Assembly (NCBI GenBank): GCA_951406725.2
Contig: OX597826.1
Coordinates: 75,144,001 to 75,208,000, forward strand
Source of the DNA: Octopus vulgaris
Taxonomy: Eukaryota
DNA: 64,000 nucleotides
Direction of reading: 5' to 3'
In this document: positions 53,601-64,000 of the stretch, in pieces
Position numbering within the stretch: the first letter of the stretch is position 1
Layout: each line of letters opens with the position of its first letter
The notes under the pieces: generated by a model
Database searches by the model: none
Seen by the model: the letters and a program-made list of their open reading frames with translations, nothing else
What the model was told of the DNA's origin: nothing
Translations under genes and position numbers: made by a program

Positions 53601-56600
53601 GTACAGTCAATCACTTCCTGTACGGATAATTCTGGGGCAGATATATTCTTCATAATGGCGTACATACTCTCCATTGTCTCAACACAGCTGAATGCCCTGC
53701 ATCAATGGAAACATTGCAAGAATCTCAGAACAATTAACATCAACATAAATGCAAAAATCTAAACAAAAAATGGTTCAAAAGAGAAAAAGCAGAAAACCCC
53801 ACTTAAACCCTTCAGGTTTTAACCTTTAATATTCAGGTTATTCTGTCAAATGTAATGCATTTCTATTCACATTTTTAGAATTAATCATGCGCTGTCTTAC
53901 AGACTTATGATTTTTATGAGACAAAAAGCACCAACCGCTGCCAGCCTCCCCTGGCACCTGTGCCGGTGGCACGTAAAAAGCACCCACTATACTCACGGAG
54001 TGGTTGGCGTTAGGAAGGGCATCCAGCTGTAGAAACACTGCCAGATCAGACTAGAGCCTGGTGCAGCCATCTGGCTTCCCAGACCCCGGTCGAACCGTCC
54101 AGCTCATAAAAGCTGATTGTAACTTTCTTTCTCTCTCTGGCCATTTGTCTCAAATGGCTGTCTGCTTCTGGTCATCTCTAGCTGGTCTCTATTCACTAAC
54201 TAATTTTTGCTTGGGAATCTTCTGTGTATATAATTAACACAAGATAGTGAGAAAGAGAGACATACCGTTATCCGAACAATGGGTATTTTGGAAGGCCTAT
54301 TGTTTTGTCAATTTCACTCTCTACCACATACAAAAGGTTGGCAGGGGTCAAGTGGCAAAGTCATAATAATTCAACTTGGTAGAGCCATGTGCTAAATGTA
54401 ACTTGCTGTCACTATTGTTTTACTGTGGGAAAAGTGCTGTTGAACTGTTATGATGGTGATGATAGTAACAGTGGTTGTGGTGGTGGTGGAGGTGGTGAAG
54501 GTACAGACAACAGCAAAGACAATAATCACTTGAGCATTTCCTTACCAACAAGCCCCACATGATCCCTGATTCTTCACTTTTGTGACGGCTCTGGATTTCC
54601 TCCTGGAATGAGAAAAGGATAAATCATATACCATATACAATAATTGTTTTCACGTGCACACACACACACACATATGTGTGTGTGTGCGTGTGTGTTTAAG
54701 TTGTCAAAGAATCCATAAGTCAGGAAAAAAATGAACTTGTGCATCTGTCCATAGCGTTGGTATATAATCTGAAGTGTACAGTATCACATATCCATTACAG
54801 CCAATCTTATTTCTTTACTACCCACAAGGGGCTAAACATAGAGGGGACAAACAAGGACAGACAAACGGATTAAGTCAATTACATCGTCCCCAGTGCGTAG
54901 CTGGTACTTAATTTATCGACCCCGAAAGGATGAAAGGCAAAGTCGACTTCGGCGGAATTTGAACTCAGAACGTAACGGCAGACGAAATACCACTAAGCAT
55001 TTCGCCCGGCATGCTAACGTTTCTGCCAGCTCACTGCCTTCCATTACAGCCAGTTTTACCAATTGGTTTCGTGCTAGGGATTCAGAGCATGTTAGGTAAT
55101 AATCCCAATTGTGAAACTAACTGGTAAGATTGGCCGTAATGGATATATAATACTGCCCACTGAGAGAACAAAGCAACTATACATTGAGAACACAACAGAT
55201 TGCCCAATCCAAGAAATGAAACCACAATCTTACGACCATGAGTACAACACCCTAACTACTAAGACACACACTTCCACAATATACAACATACAGACATACA
55301 ATAACAATATACTGATACACAATATACAACATACAGACATACAATAACAATATACTGATACACAATATACAACATACAGACATACAATAACAATATACTG
55401 ATACACAATATACAACATACAAATATCATCATCATCATTGTTTAATGTCTGCTTTCCATGCTAGCATGGGTTGGACGATTTGACTGAGGTCTGGCGAACC
55501 AGATGTCTGCACCAGACTCCAATCTGATCTGGTAGAGTTACTACAGCTGGATGCCCTTCCTAATGCCAACCACTCCGAGAGTGTAGTGGGTGCTTTTACG
55601 TGCCACCAGCATGAGGGCCAGTCAGGCGGTACTGGTAACTGCCATGCTCAAATGATGCTTTTTATGTGCCACCTGCACAGGAGCCAGTCCAGCGGCACTG
55701 GCAACGACCTCGCTCGAATGTTTTTTTTCACGTGCCACCAGCACAAGTGCCAGTAAGGCAACGCAGGTAATGATCACGCTCGAATGGTGTTTTTAACGTG
55801 CCATCGGCATGGAGGCCAGCTTGTTGCTCTGGCAACAATCTCACTCATATGGTACTCTTAGCCCTCCACTAGCACGGATGCCAGTCACCGATTTCGATTC
55901 AACATACAGATATACAATATAGATATACAATATATAGATATACAGATATCCAATATACATTAGAGAGATTTACATCACAACATAGTCATACAGTATTGGA
56001 AGAGAGAAATGATTTTACCAATCGACAACAGGTGGGATTTTCAATTTACGGATATTCTGCATTGGTGTGGTGGAATTTAGAGGTTGTTGGCTTGACTTGA
56101 GAAGGGGATGCTTGCCTTTCAATCCTTTCAAATATTGTTCTGTGTTTAGAGAGAGAAACAAATGGTACTTTATTATTTAGAAATAACAATAGATTTTAAC
56201 ACTTGGTTTTGTAGGATTCCTAATGTGAAACTAACTAAACAGAACGGGAGGAGACACCATGGGATGGAGGGTTGCTGAAGAGGTCACAGGGGGTGTGACA
56301 AGAGATTTCCAGACAAAGACATAAAATAAGAACAATAACGAATCTGAAATGAAGAACGAATATACAGTGCATGTGGTTTTTGGCAAGAAAAAAAGAATAA
56401 ATAAATATAGGCGCAGGAGTGGCTGTGTGGTAAGTAGCTTGCTTAGCAACCACATGGTTCTGAGTTCAGTCCCACTGCGTGGCACCTTGGGCAAGTGTCT
56501 TCTACTAAAGCCTTGGGCCGATCAAAGCCTTGTAAGTGGATTTGGTAGACGGAAACAGAAAGAAGCCCGTCATATGTTTAAAGTGATCAGTATACAAAAT

Positions 56601-59600
56601 CAGGAATGGTAAAAATACCTTTCACATTGCACCAACAGTTACTTAACCAAATTAGTCACACAATATTATAAAATTGTAATTTAAAGACTTACCTGTAAAT
56701 TCTTTTTCTGTAAGATCTGAAAATTTTGTGATTCCAAACTGTGCACCATCAGAAAAGACTTCCATCGTTGACACTTTTTTCACATTTTGCTACAATGGCG
56801 GCAGAAGCCAAAAAAAAAATATATAAATATCAAATGGATATTAGTAACAAAGTATACAATAGTGGTTTTAATATTTGCCACAAGGCCAGGGTGGTGAGCT
56901 GGCAGAGACGTTAGCGTGCCAGGCAAAATGCTTAGCAGTATTTCATCTGTCTTTAAGTTCTTAGTTCAAATTCTGCCAAAGGTCAACTGTGCCTTTCATC
57001 CTTCCGGGGTCGATAAATTAAGTACCAGTGGCATACTGGGGTAGATCTAATCGACTGGTCCCCTTCCCTAAAAATTTCAGGCCTTGTGCCAAGAGTACTA
57101 AAGAATATATTCTCCCTGTTATTTTGTCTGTCTTTACATTCTGAATTCAAATTCTGCCAAGATCAAATTTCAGGGTCGATAAATTAAGTACCAGTTATGT
57201 ACTGAGGTCAATTTAATCGACTGCCTCCCCCCCCAAAAAAAATTTCGGGCCTTGTGCCTAGAGTAGAAAAGAATATTTGATACAAGGCTAGCAATTTTGG
57301 GGGGAAGGTGGGGATAAATTGATAACATCAACCGCAGTATATAACTGGTATTTTATTTTATCAACCTCACTATCTATCAAATGACCTCATACAAATATTG
57401 AACGAAATTATGGAAACCTGATCTTCTGACCTAAGTAGAATCTTTATTTAAGAACAGAATCTTTCTTGCAGACATGATAATGTCTATGTCTAAGACTTTT
57501 ATGTTACAGTATCTCCAGACAAAACCAAGGGTTAACAGATCAAAGGATAAAAATCAATAGTTTTGAACTGGTTTTACGATCTGAGTTCAAAATTCCACCA
57601 AGGTCGACTTTGCCTTTCATCCTTTAGGGGTTGATTAAATAAGTACCGGTTATACAGTGGAGTCGATGTTATCGACTTAATCCCTTTGTCTGTCCTTGTT
57701 TTTTTTTTTTCCCTCTATGTTTGGACCCCTGAGGGCAATAAAGAAATAAATATTTTTAAACCAGCAAATTACTGCACTGCTCTTCTTCCATTGTTTTGGT
57801 CTGCTTGTCTTTCTAATGTTTTTATTAATCTTCCTTTAAAATTCTCTTGCTAATCAGTACTGTACCTGTTTCAGCTGGATTAATTAGCTACCATTTTGGA
57901 TTAGAGGCAAAATTTTCTTTGTAGCCTTTATGTGTGATGTACACCTGAGGCCATATATACATATGTGAAGATGACAAGCTGGTAGAATTGTTAGCATGCC
58001 CATTGGTTGTCAAGCAACAGCGGGGAGGAAATAGACACACACACACACACTGGCAGAACCGTTAGCACGCCGGGCGAAATGCGTAGCCGTATTTCGTCTG
58101 CCGTTACGTTCGGAGTTCAAATTCCGCCGAGGTCGACTTTGCCTTTCATCCTTTCGGGGTTGATAAATTAAGTACCAGTTACGCACTTGGGTCGATGTAA
58201 TCGACTGAATCCGTTTGTCTGTCCTTGTTTGTCCCCTCTGTGTTTGGCCCCTTGTGGGTAGTAAAGAAATATATATGAAGGGCTGCTTTCAGTTTCCATG
58301 CACCAAATCCACTCACAAGGCTTTGGTCAGCCTGAGGATTTACTAGAAGACACATTACCCAAGGTGGAACACAGTGGGACTGGACCAGGAGCCATATGGT
58401 CAGGAAGCAAGCTTTTTACCACACAGCCATGCGTGTGCCTCATGCTGTGCCTACATTACTTCTCAAATCGCTTATCAGTTTAATATTCAATGGACTGCAA
58501 TGTCATAGAACTCCTTCAATAAAGACAACACCTCAACAATAGTTTAATATTAGATATATTCCCTGCTGTTTTGTTTAACAAGTCTACCTTCTGTTTTTGC
58601 CCACTTCACCATGAAAAGAGATCAGCTGCTCTCATTAATAATAGACAGCTGAACAAAAGGACTTCAAATAGTTTTGTTAATATTAATCATATGACAACTC
58701 TTCAACAAAAATTACCTTTTCAGAAATATGACCTCATTTACACCTACGTTTATCATCATTATCATCAGCATGATGTTTTTACATTCATTTGTCAGGCTGA
58801 TATGGAACATGGACTAATTAATATAGTGTTATTATTAACCCATAAAGTGCTGAGATTTGCACTTTCATAGTATGAACTGCTGAGCACATTTTATGAAACT
58901 GAGACTACCATGCACACATAAAAAATTTAAAAATAGCATCGCCTTACTGGCACTTGTACCAGTGGCACGTGAGAAAACATTCGAGTGGGGTCGTTGCCAG
59001 TGCCACTAGACTGGCTCCTGTGCAGGTGGCACATAAAAAGCACCATTTGAGCGTGGATGTTGCTAGTACTGCCTGACTGGCTCCTGTGACAGTGGCATGT
59101 AAAAAGCACTCACTTCACTCTCGGAGTGGTTGGCATTAGGAAGGACATCCAGCTGTAGAAACTCTGCCAGATCAGATTGGAGCCTGATGCAGCCATCAGG
59201 TTCACCAGTCCTCAGTCGAATCGTCCAACCCATGCTAGCATGGGAAGCGGACGTGCCTCGACAGGTCTTTGCAAGCATAGTTTATTGTCCAATGATTGAA
59301 GGGTACTCTTAAATGGGCCATGGGTTATGGTCTCACTTAGCTTGCCGGGTCTTCTCAAGTACAGCATATCTCCAAAGGCCTCGGTGAGGCCCAATGTTCG
59401 AAGGTTGTGCTTCAGCACCTCATTCCAGGTCTTCCTGGGTCTTACCTCTTCTGCAGGTTCCCTAATTTGCAACACATGACCAACAAAATACTTTCTTGAG
59501 ACAACTACCAGTTTCCTGGCTTTCTACAGTATATCCACATTTAGTAGGATATACAGAATGCTAGCATAATATTCATTTGTCTTCCTTCGTTTTCTCTTCC

Positions 59601-62600
59601 TCAGTTGGCTGGTTCTAATCCCACCAATGTTTTCCACTTGTTGCAGTCATTTGACACATATAACAACAGAGGAAAATACCATGTTAATTATGGACATCAA
59701 CCCTTCCATAGTTCTGATGTACCATGTTAATTATGGACATCAAAACCCTTCCATAGTTCTGATGTCCTTTCGTTGCCACCAGCTTTACAATATGGACTGA
59801 GTAAATGTTCTTATGCCACTGGCACCAGAGAGATTATCTGTCAAGATTGACCTTTTAGCATTCAGATTTCTCTGCCAAATGTAATGCATAATTACAAACA
59901 TTGTTTTGAATCTAATCATGCATTATTGCATAGCTTCAGTATTTTGACAATGTGATAGTTTATTTTTAGAATGACATAGCAGGGTAGGTAGAAGAAGCCA
60001 GATCTGGCTGGTCCCTTAACATAAAACAGATGGAATATTTGGGCTGGTTATGCTCGGTTTGAATGATAAAGGGTCAAAGAGCTCCTGTACCTTAGCTGTC
60101 AGTAAGTTGTAAATAAAGGAATTTGAAAAGACATGAAGGAGAAAGGTGGAAGATGTTCAAACCATTATTAATGTAGATAATAATAATAATAATAATAATA
60201 ATGAAATTATTGTATACGGTGCTCAGGTGCACCACAACTTGTCAAAAGTGTGTATAAAGAACATGCAATAATGTACAAATGTCTGGAAAGTGAACAGTGT
60301 ATGAGTCAGATACATGCTTGTGTGTGTATGGAGGGGAGAAAATCAGGTGTAGTGTTGGCAAAATGATACTCTGTCTATTGTATGACATGAGAATAGTGAG
60401 TAGTAGAGAGTGATACGGAGGCGCAATGGCCCAGTGGTTAGGGCAGCGGACTCGCGGTCGGAAGATCATGGTTTCGATTCCCAGACCGGACGTTGTGTGA
60501 GTTTATTGAGCGAAAACACCTAAGGCTCCACGGGGCTCTAGCAGGGGGTGGAGGCCAACCCTGTTGTACTTTTTCGCCCCAACTTTCTCTCACTCTTTCT
60601 TCCTGCTTTTTGAGTAATGCTGCGATGGACTGGCGTCCCATCCAGCTGGGAGGGTGGGGGGGACACATATGCCATAGAAACCGGGAAACCGAGCCCATGA
60701 GCTTGGCTAGGCTTGAAAAGGGCACATAAAAAAAAGAATAAAATAGAGTGATACTACTAGAACGGTACTCTACTGTATGATATCGGAATGGTAGTGTGGA
60801 GTGACAAGAGTATGCCCTGCTACTTGGGTGACACAAGAAAAATACAGTTTGGTATGACAAGTGGCTGGGACACACTAAATACAAACAGAACACAAATTTT
60901 AATACTAAACCACCTCAGATATAGACAATGCATTTTTAAAAAATGATTTGCTGATAAGGAAATTATTACAAGATTACCAATTGTACAATGACTTCTGTAT
61001 CTCAAATTCACTATTTTTTTTATCACTAAAATACTTATCAGGTGTGTTAAATTTTGCAGTGTATGTGCGTGTATGTGTTTTATGCGAGTTTGTAAAATAG
61101 TTTCAGGAAAAGAGAATCGTGGTATATAATATTAACCATAGTTTGAAAAATATATCAAAACAAAGGCTTTTGCTGTAACAACCATGTCAAAACAAACTTT
61201 TAACAATAACACTGACTCAACCTAGATAGATAGATAGAATAGTGCCTTCAACTTAAACTGCAAAGAGACAGAGAGAAAAGCTGGAATTCAAACAAGCGAG
61301 TAATACGGGCCTGAATCAGCAAAAATTAAAGCTTGCAGAACTGGAGCCATTTGACAGCTGTGATGGACAGATTCTAATATTCCAATGGGACTTTTCTGAG
61401 GAGGAAATCTGATCGAAACGTTAGAATTCACATTTTCTTTAAGACAAATTAACTTATTTGGTTAAACAGGAGGGTGAGGGGGCAAGCGTACTTAATGAAA
61501 CAAACCATCAAATTTTGGTAAGGTTTTTGAGTAACACCCGCACGATTTTCACTAAATAAAAAATTTTAAAAACTCGGGAATTTTTTGGCGTGGAGTCAAG
61601 TACCCTGACCTCCTAATATGCTGCAAAAACCTTTTGGGGGGTCCGAAAAACGGGGTGGGGTGAGGTGGAAGCCTCGGAAATTTCACCCCCCACCCCCACC
61701 CACCAGCATAATTTTCACTAAGGTAAAAAAAAAAATAAATAAAAACTCGAATTTTTTTTCGTGCAATCAAGTACCCTGACCTGCAAATCCTTTATTTTGG
61801 TTCGGAGGACCCCCCCCACACACACACACACTTTCTTTTTTTTCCGAACCAAAATAAGGGATTTGCAGCATATTAGGAGGTCAGAGTACTTGATTCCACG
61901 TAAAAAAAATCCGAGTTTTTTTTTTTTTTTTTCTTAGTGAAAATCGTGAGGGTGTTACTCAAAAATTTACCCAAATTTTAATTAATTAAAATTACACTCG
62001 AGTAATGAAGAGGTTAAAAATCCTCTTAATGATCCAAATCTTTTCAGTGTAGTAAGCTTGAGGGTTTACAACTACATCGATAAAAACTTAGATAAGGAGC
62101 CACCCTGGACATTCAATAGGATAGCCGTGTGTGTGTGTGTGAACACCCAGGGGTTATCATATTTTGGTTTCCTTACTAAACAAAAATATTAAAAAAATAT
62201 CCTTTTTTTTCCTGAAAGCTATAAGGAAATAAAGTCATGGTGGGGAGGCATACTTGTGTAGGTAAACCGCGGTTAAATCACCTTCAAATTCTACCCTCAC
62301 TTACGGACACACTGAATAAGTTTGTCTTCGATACAATGATTAAATAGTTACGACTCGAAGACTTCGTCAACCTGCTGTTATTTCTAGGAGAAAACTGCTT
62401 CTTACCTAAACAACCTCTTTGTGTCAGATTACCACCACACACTTACGTTCTCAGTAAACAATGATAATCTTGGAGACATGGGGACTCTGGCTAAGGAAGG
62501 GACTGGCAAATGATGCGAACACAACACAGAAATCAACAATGAGGAAGGAATATAGGAAAGAGGGAGATAGGGATGCAGGGTCGGAAAATAGTGTAAACAT

Positions 62601-63459
62601 CAAGTTTATATTTAGATGGGGTGGAAGTGGGTAACTTTCTTACTGGGTGGAGCTTCAAAATAAACTCCGAGGGGTCAAGAAGGAGTTTCACACGATCCGA
62701 CGTTTTCTTGTTTTTCACACTTTTTTTTTTTTTTTGTGGCTAGGTGTTAAAGTAAACATTGACCAATGGATTTCTGTAAAATGTTGGGAACGGGTGAAAT
62801 TTCCGAGGCTTCGAACTCACCCCACCTCGTTTTCCGGACCCCAAAAAAATGGTTTTGTAACATATTAGGAAGTCACCCGAATTCATTCAACGAAAAAAAA
62901 AAATTTTCTAATGATCCTGGGATATAGGGGGGAGGGGCGGTTTCCCCACTCCTTTTTTTTCCGAACAAAAATAAGGAGCTTGCAGCATAATTAGTATGTA
63001 TAAGTTATTGGAATCTGAACAAATTTCGGAAATTTTGGTTTGGGGGTCAGCTATTCCGAATCTCTACTCCTTGTAGTCACTCCAATTAATAATATCGATT
63101 AATCCTATCGATCAAATCACTTATATGAAAATATACTTATTAATCAATCACCTTATTACTGCACCATCCAATTATTCTCATCAGCGAGATTTTCAGCAGA
63201 CACTCATCGAACTATTCTCAATCGAATGACCAGGAAAAAGTAATTTCATTTTTCACACCAGATTTCTTACCTTGAATATAATAAACCTATGATTGAACTC
63301 CTCTGTGTCGTTTATATACGATTTGTTGTATTTCTTGACAAATGTTTTAAATAGGAAATAATAATCCTCTTCTGATGGTAAGACATTCTTGGCAGTACAG
63401 TAAATCGCCGCAAAACACAATAAAAACGATAAGATCGTCGGTGGGATAAGAGACGACAT
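41115..63459 (-). CDS. CTSO: Cathepsin O-like cysteine protease (papain family C1A; signal peptide + I29 propeptide + mature domain), 9 coding exons, 346 aa
   Basis: Exons joined by hand: 63459-63271, 56789-56693, 56139-56019, 54602-54546, 53696-53540, 50750-50635, 46089-45923, 43066-42974, 41158-41115 = 1041 nt. All introns GT-AG with compatible phases (0,1,2,2,0,2,1,1). Motifs: hydrophobic N-terminus, FGITKFSDLT, IPPVVDWR, KNQGSCGACWAFS, LSVQEVIDC, GCRGG, GPLVTAVDASTW, IIRYHC, NNHAVQIVGY, RNSWG. LSVQ.VIDC, GPL...VDA..W and II..HC resemble cathepsin O rather than L or F (orthology inferred). Confidence 0.9.
41298..42013 (-). mobile_element. RTE-clade LINE 3' end (ORF2 C-terminus, 3'UTR, (GAT)n tail)
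   Basis: RRLHWYGHVARMDEDSCVKKC...GRGRPRKTWDEVVKHDLRTLGLTEEM.RNRDLW; 3'UTR with subrepeats. Confidence 0.88.
42974..43066 (-). CDS. CTSO: CTSO-like exon 8 (catalytic Asn)
   Basis: cag|GEVPYYIVRNSWGSDFGIAGYLHIAVGSNLC|gtaaga; 93 nt, phase 1-1. Confidence 0.95.
43330..43741. mobile_element. Non-autonomous element: tRNA-like head plus hammerhead-containing tail, with inverted tail duplication
   Basis: 9-bp direct repeat CAACCAATC at 43321-43329 and 43742-43750; A/B boxes on minus at ~43515-43577; ~125-bp inverted arms 43331-43455 and 43577-43712. Confidence 0.8.
43606..43651 (+). ncRNA. Minimal type I hammerhead ribozyme motif
   Basis: GACAC-CTGATGA-A-GGCTG(gagggtatat)CAGCC-GAAAC-GTT-GTGTT: stem I GACAC/GUGUU, 5-bp stem II, palindromic AACGUU stem III, GUU cleavage triplet. 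Confidence 0.75.
44767..44960 (-). mobile_element. SINE family A 3' half
   Basis: Tail match. Other partial copies: 10275-10335, 28124-28181, 37427-37553, 39866-40025, 50305-50400, 56410-56572. Confidence 0.8.
45181..45658. mobile_element. pogo/Tc1-like DNA transposon fragment, one intact terminus
   Basis: Ends ...TATACTCGAGGATTTACGG-TA; subterminal TGCGTATTATAC repeats. Confidence 0.5.
45923..46089 (-). CDS. CTSO: CTSO-like exon 7 (catalytic His)
   Basis: cag|NFVGREEKMLLHLAQNGPLVTAVDASTWSNYQEGIIRYHCETSNNHAVQIVGYNTS|gtgacc; 167 nt. Confidence 0.95.
46310..46770 (+). mobile_element. R4/Dong-like LINE 3' end (restriction-like endonuclease domain) within (TAA)n
   Basis: LCWIIDIACPAD...LAWEVEQLW...IIVGDLGTV...LQKTALLGT; (AAT)n on both sides. 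Confidence 0.75.
46813..47505 (-). mobile_element. CR1-clade LINE 3' portion
   Basis: LYMAMVWPHLEFASPVWNPYLVQDIDLL..QRRATK; GHAYKVRKQ...NKLPASVV. Confidence 0.88.
47920..48270 (+). mobile_element. Degenerate RTE-like LINE 3' fragment
   Basis: IERSQLW..HGVRM..ERIP..IL...RPRMRWFNNI across frameshifts. Confidence 0.5.
50635..50750 (-). CDS. CTSO: CTSO-like exon 6
   Basis: tag|KNQTVVYEPAYPLKDIDESCRPIKKDAPGAQVIESTCD|gtaagc; contains the YP...C motif; 116 nt. Confidence 0.9.
50815..51693 (+). mobile_element. Decayed mariner in CTSO intron 5
   Basis: FKSGKTSLEDNE.SGRP; PHLSYSPDLAPADIHLF; DYFEGD; degenerate TIRs (AAAGTTCCCAGACTA / TAGTCTAGGAACCTTT). Confidence 0.82.
52452..53055 (+). mobile_element. 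Penelope-like pseudo-LTR element with hammerhead motif
   Basis: Inverted arms ~52452-52625 and ~52835-53006; direct repeat ~52626-52705 and ~52979-53055; HHR TCTGTG-CTGATGA...GAAA-TCGTGATA-CACAGA at 52792-52836. Confidence 0.7.
53540..53696 (-). CDS. CTSO: CTSO-like exon 5
   Basis: cag|AFSCVETMESMYAIMKNISAPELSVQEVIDCTGESLGCRGGDTCSTLRWLQQ|gttacc; 157 nt. Confidence 0.95.
54546..54602 (-). CDS. CTSO: CTSO-like exon 4 (oxyanion Gln and catalytic Cys)
   Basis: cag|WRKSRAVTKVKNQGSCGACW|gtaagg; 57 nt, phase 2-2. Confidence 0.95.
54806..55040 (-). mobile_element. SINE family B, tail type 1
   Basis: Full length, close to 58051-58270 in reverse complement. Confidence 0.88.
55275..55421. repeat. 43-bp tandem repeat, about 3.4 units
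   Basis: AATATACAAC recurs at 55278, 55321, 55364, 55407. Confidence 0.9.
55425..55900 (-). mobile_element. RTE LINE 3'UTR with internal subrepeat array
   Basis: (GAT)n tail, conserved CATGCTAGCATG segment, repeated GTGCCA...GGCAC units. Confidence 0.82.
56019..56139 (-). CDS. CTSO: CTSO-like exon 3 (propeptide linker to mature N-terminus)
   Basis: cag|EQYLKGLKGKHPLL...RKLKIPPVVDW|gtaaaa; 121 nt. Confidence 0.9.
56693..56789 (-). CDS. CTSO: CTSO-like exon 2 (I29 propeptide)
   Basis: tag|QNVKKVSTMEVFSDGAQFGITKFSDLTEKEFT|gtaagt; 97 nt. Confidence 0.92.
56890..57750 (+). mobile_element. Cluster of SINE family B copies (56890-57105, 57120-57275, 57575-57750)
   Basis: Repeated core GGTCGATAAATTAAGTACCAG. 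Confidence 0.8.
58003..58440 (-). mobile_element. SINE family A with a family B SINE (58051-58270, +) nested in its internal microsatellite
   Basis: Family A sequence resumes on both sides of the family B copy. Confidence 0.75.
58935..59465. mobile_element. Rearranged RTE LINE 3' end
   Basis: 58935-59252 is 3'UTR in sense on +; 59253-59465 is the upstream UTR and RPRKTWNEVLKHNLRTLGLTE on -. Confidence 0.75.
59851..60073. mobile_element. piggyBac-type MITE, second family, degenerate copy
   Basis: Colinear similarity to 33601-33821; ends AAAGGG. Confidence 0.6.
60417..60744 (+). mobile_element. tRNA-derived SINE, distinct family, with 10-bp TSD
   Basis: TGGCCCAGTGG A-box, GTTTCGATTCC B-box, GCGATGGACTGGCGTCCCATCCAG core, A-rich tail; AGAGTGATAC at 60407-60416 and 60745-60754. 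Confidence 0.85.
61250..61450 (+). mobile_element. Penelope-like 3' end with degenerate hammerhead
   Basis: RDREKSW...GLNQ-like (GIY-YIG C-terminus style), then TTTT-CTGAGGA...GAAAC-GTT-AGAA at 61392-61426. Confidence 0.45.
61505..61985. repeat. Fold-back element with nested inverted repeats
   Basis: Arms ~61513-61630 and ~61861-61979; inner IR ~61782-61806 and ~61842-61868; related sequence at ~62785-63000. Confidence 0.75.
63271..63459 (-). CDS. CTSO: CTSO-like exon 1 (signal peptide, start of propeptide)
   Basis: ATG at 63459; MSSLIPPTILSFLLCFAAIYCTA...EEFNHRFIIFK; donor AAG|GTAAGA, phase 0. Confidence 0.88.
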
Positions 63460-63499
63460 TTCTCTCACTCAAATGTTGAAATGAAAATATCTTCCTACA

Positions 63500-63570
63500 T
63501 CTCATTCAAACAATATTTAACCTATGACCTTTGACATCAACCGGAACTACATTACAATCTTACCGGGCAG
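63500..63570 (-). promoter_or_regulatory. Candidate proximal promoter of the CTSO-like gene
   Basis: Immediately upstream of the ATG: TGACCTTTGACA (DR1-like nuclear-receptor motif, 63525-63536) and CCGGAACTACA (ETS core overlapping ACTACA, from 63541). Motif match only. Confidence 0.35.
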
Positions 63571-64000
63571 TTGTTTTTTTTAATTATAAAAAAATATTTG
63601 ATTATTTTTCTTTGTAAATACATAATAAATTTTATAAATTTTTAATTAAGATTAGACACTTTTTAAAATAATTAATAATGTGATTAATAACCAGAATAAA
63701 TATTTTTATCTCGCACTAACTGACTGCCCTGGTTTCTCTTAAACTTTACATCGCGAAGATGAACGTAAAACAGATATCTAAAAAGAGAAAAGTACGTGGA
63801 TTTATAATTAAACATGTTTTATTTTTTATCAAATTTATTTTATTTTATGTTTGAGAGATTGTAGATTATCGCTGATAATTTTAATATTCCTTTCATCCTG
63901 TCGTTGTTGCGATGTTTACAGATTTCCTCGCGATTGTCGATTTCACATGGCAATGAAATATTTCTCTTGAAACTTTCCTCTTTGAAATATCTATTCTCTA

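Noticed and set aside
63460-63468. ORF-track N-terminus MRE for exon 1
   Set aside because: It begins at GTG. The first ATG is at 63459 and directly precedes the signal peptide.

Overview
AT-rich, microsatellite-dense animal genomic DNA. The SINE/LINE repertoire and repeat load suggest an octopod cephalopod (inferred from repeat style, not searched). One protein-coding gene can be fully reconstructed: a minus-strand, 9-exon cathepsin O-like papain-family (C1A) protease. It runs from ATG 63459 to TGA 41115 (1041 nt, 346 aa), all introns are GT-AG with consistent phases, and the Cys/His/Asn triad is intact. The rest of the window is transposon debris: several tRNA-derived SINE families, RTE, CR1, R4/Dong, L1-like and Penelope-like retroelement fragments, four decayed mariners, and piggyBac-, hAT- and Crypton-like MITEs. 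Almost all ORFs in the supplied track are microsatellite translations. The most notable signal is a set of short non-autonomous elements carrying minimal type I hammerhead ribozyme motifs of the Penelope/retrozyme kind. One of them (43330-43741) is TSD-flanked and fuses a tRNA-like Pol III head to a hammerhead tail with an inverted second copy. Other items of interest: satellites apparently built from a SINE's Pol III A-box, a SINE/LINE shared 3' tail, inverted repeats flanking the catalytic-Cys exon, and a possible second minus-strand gene start. Boundaries of degenerate repeats are approximate.
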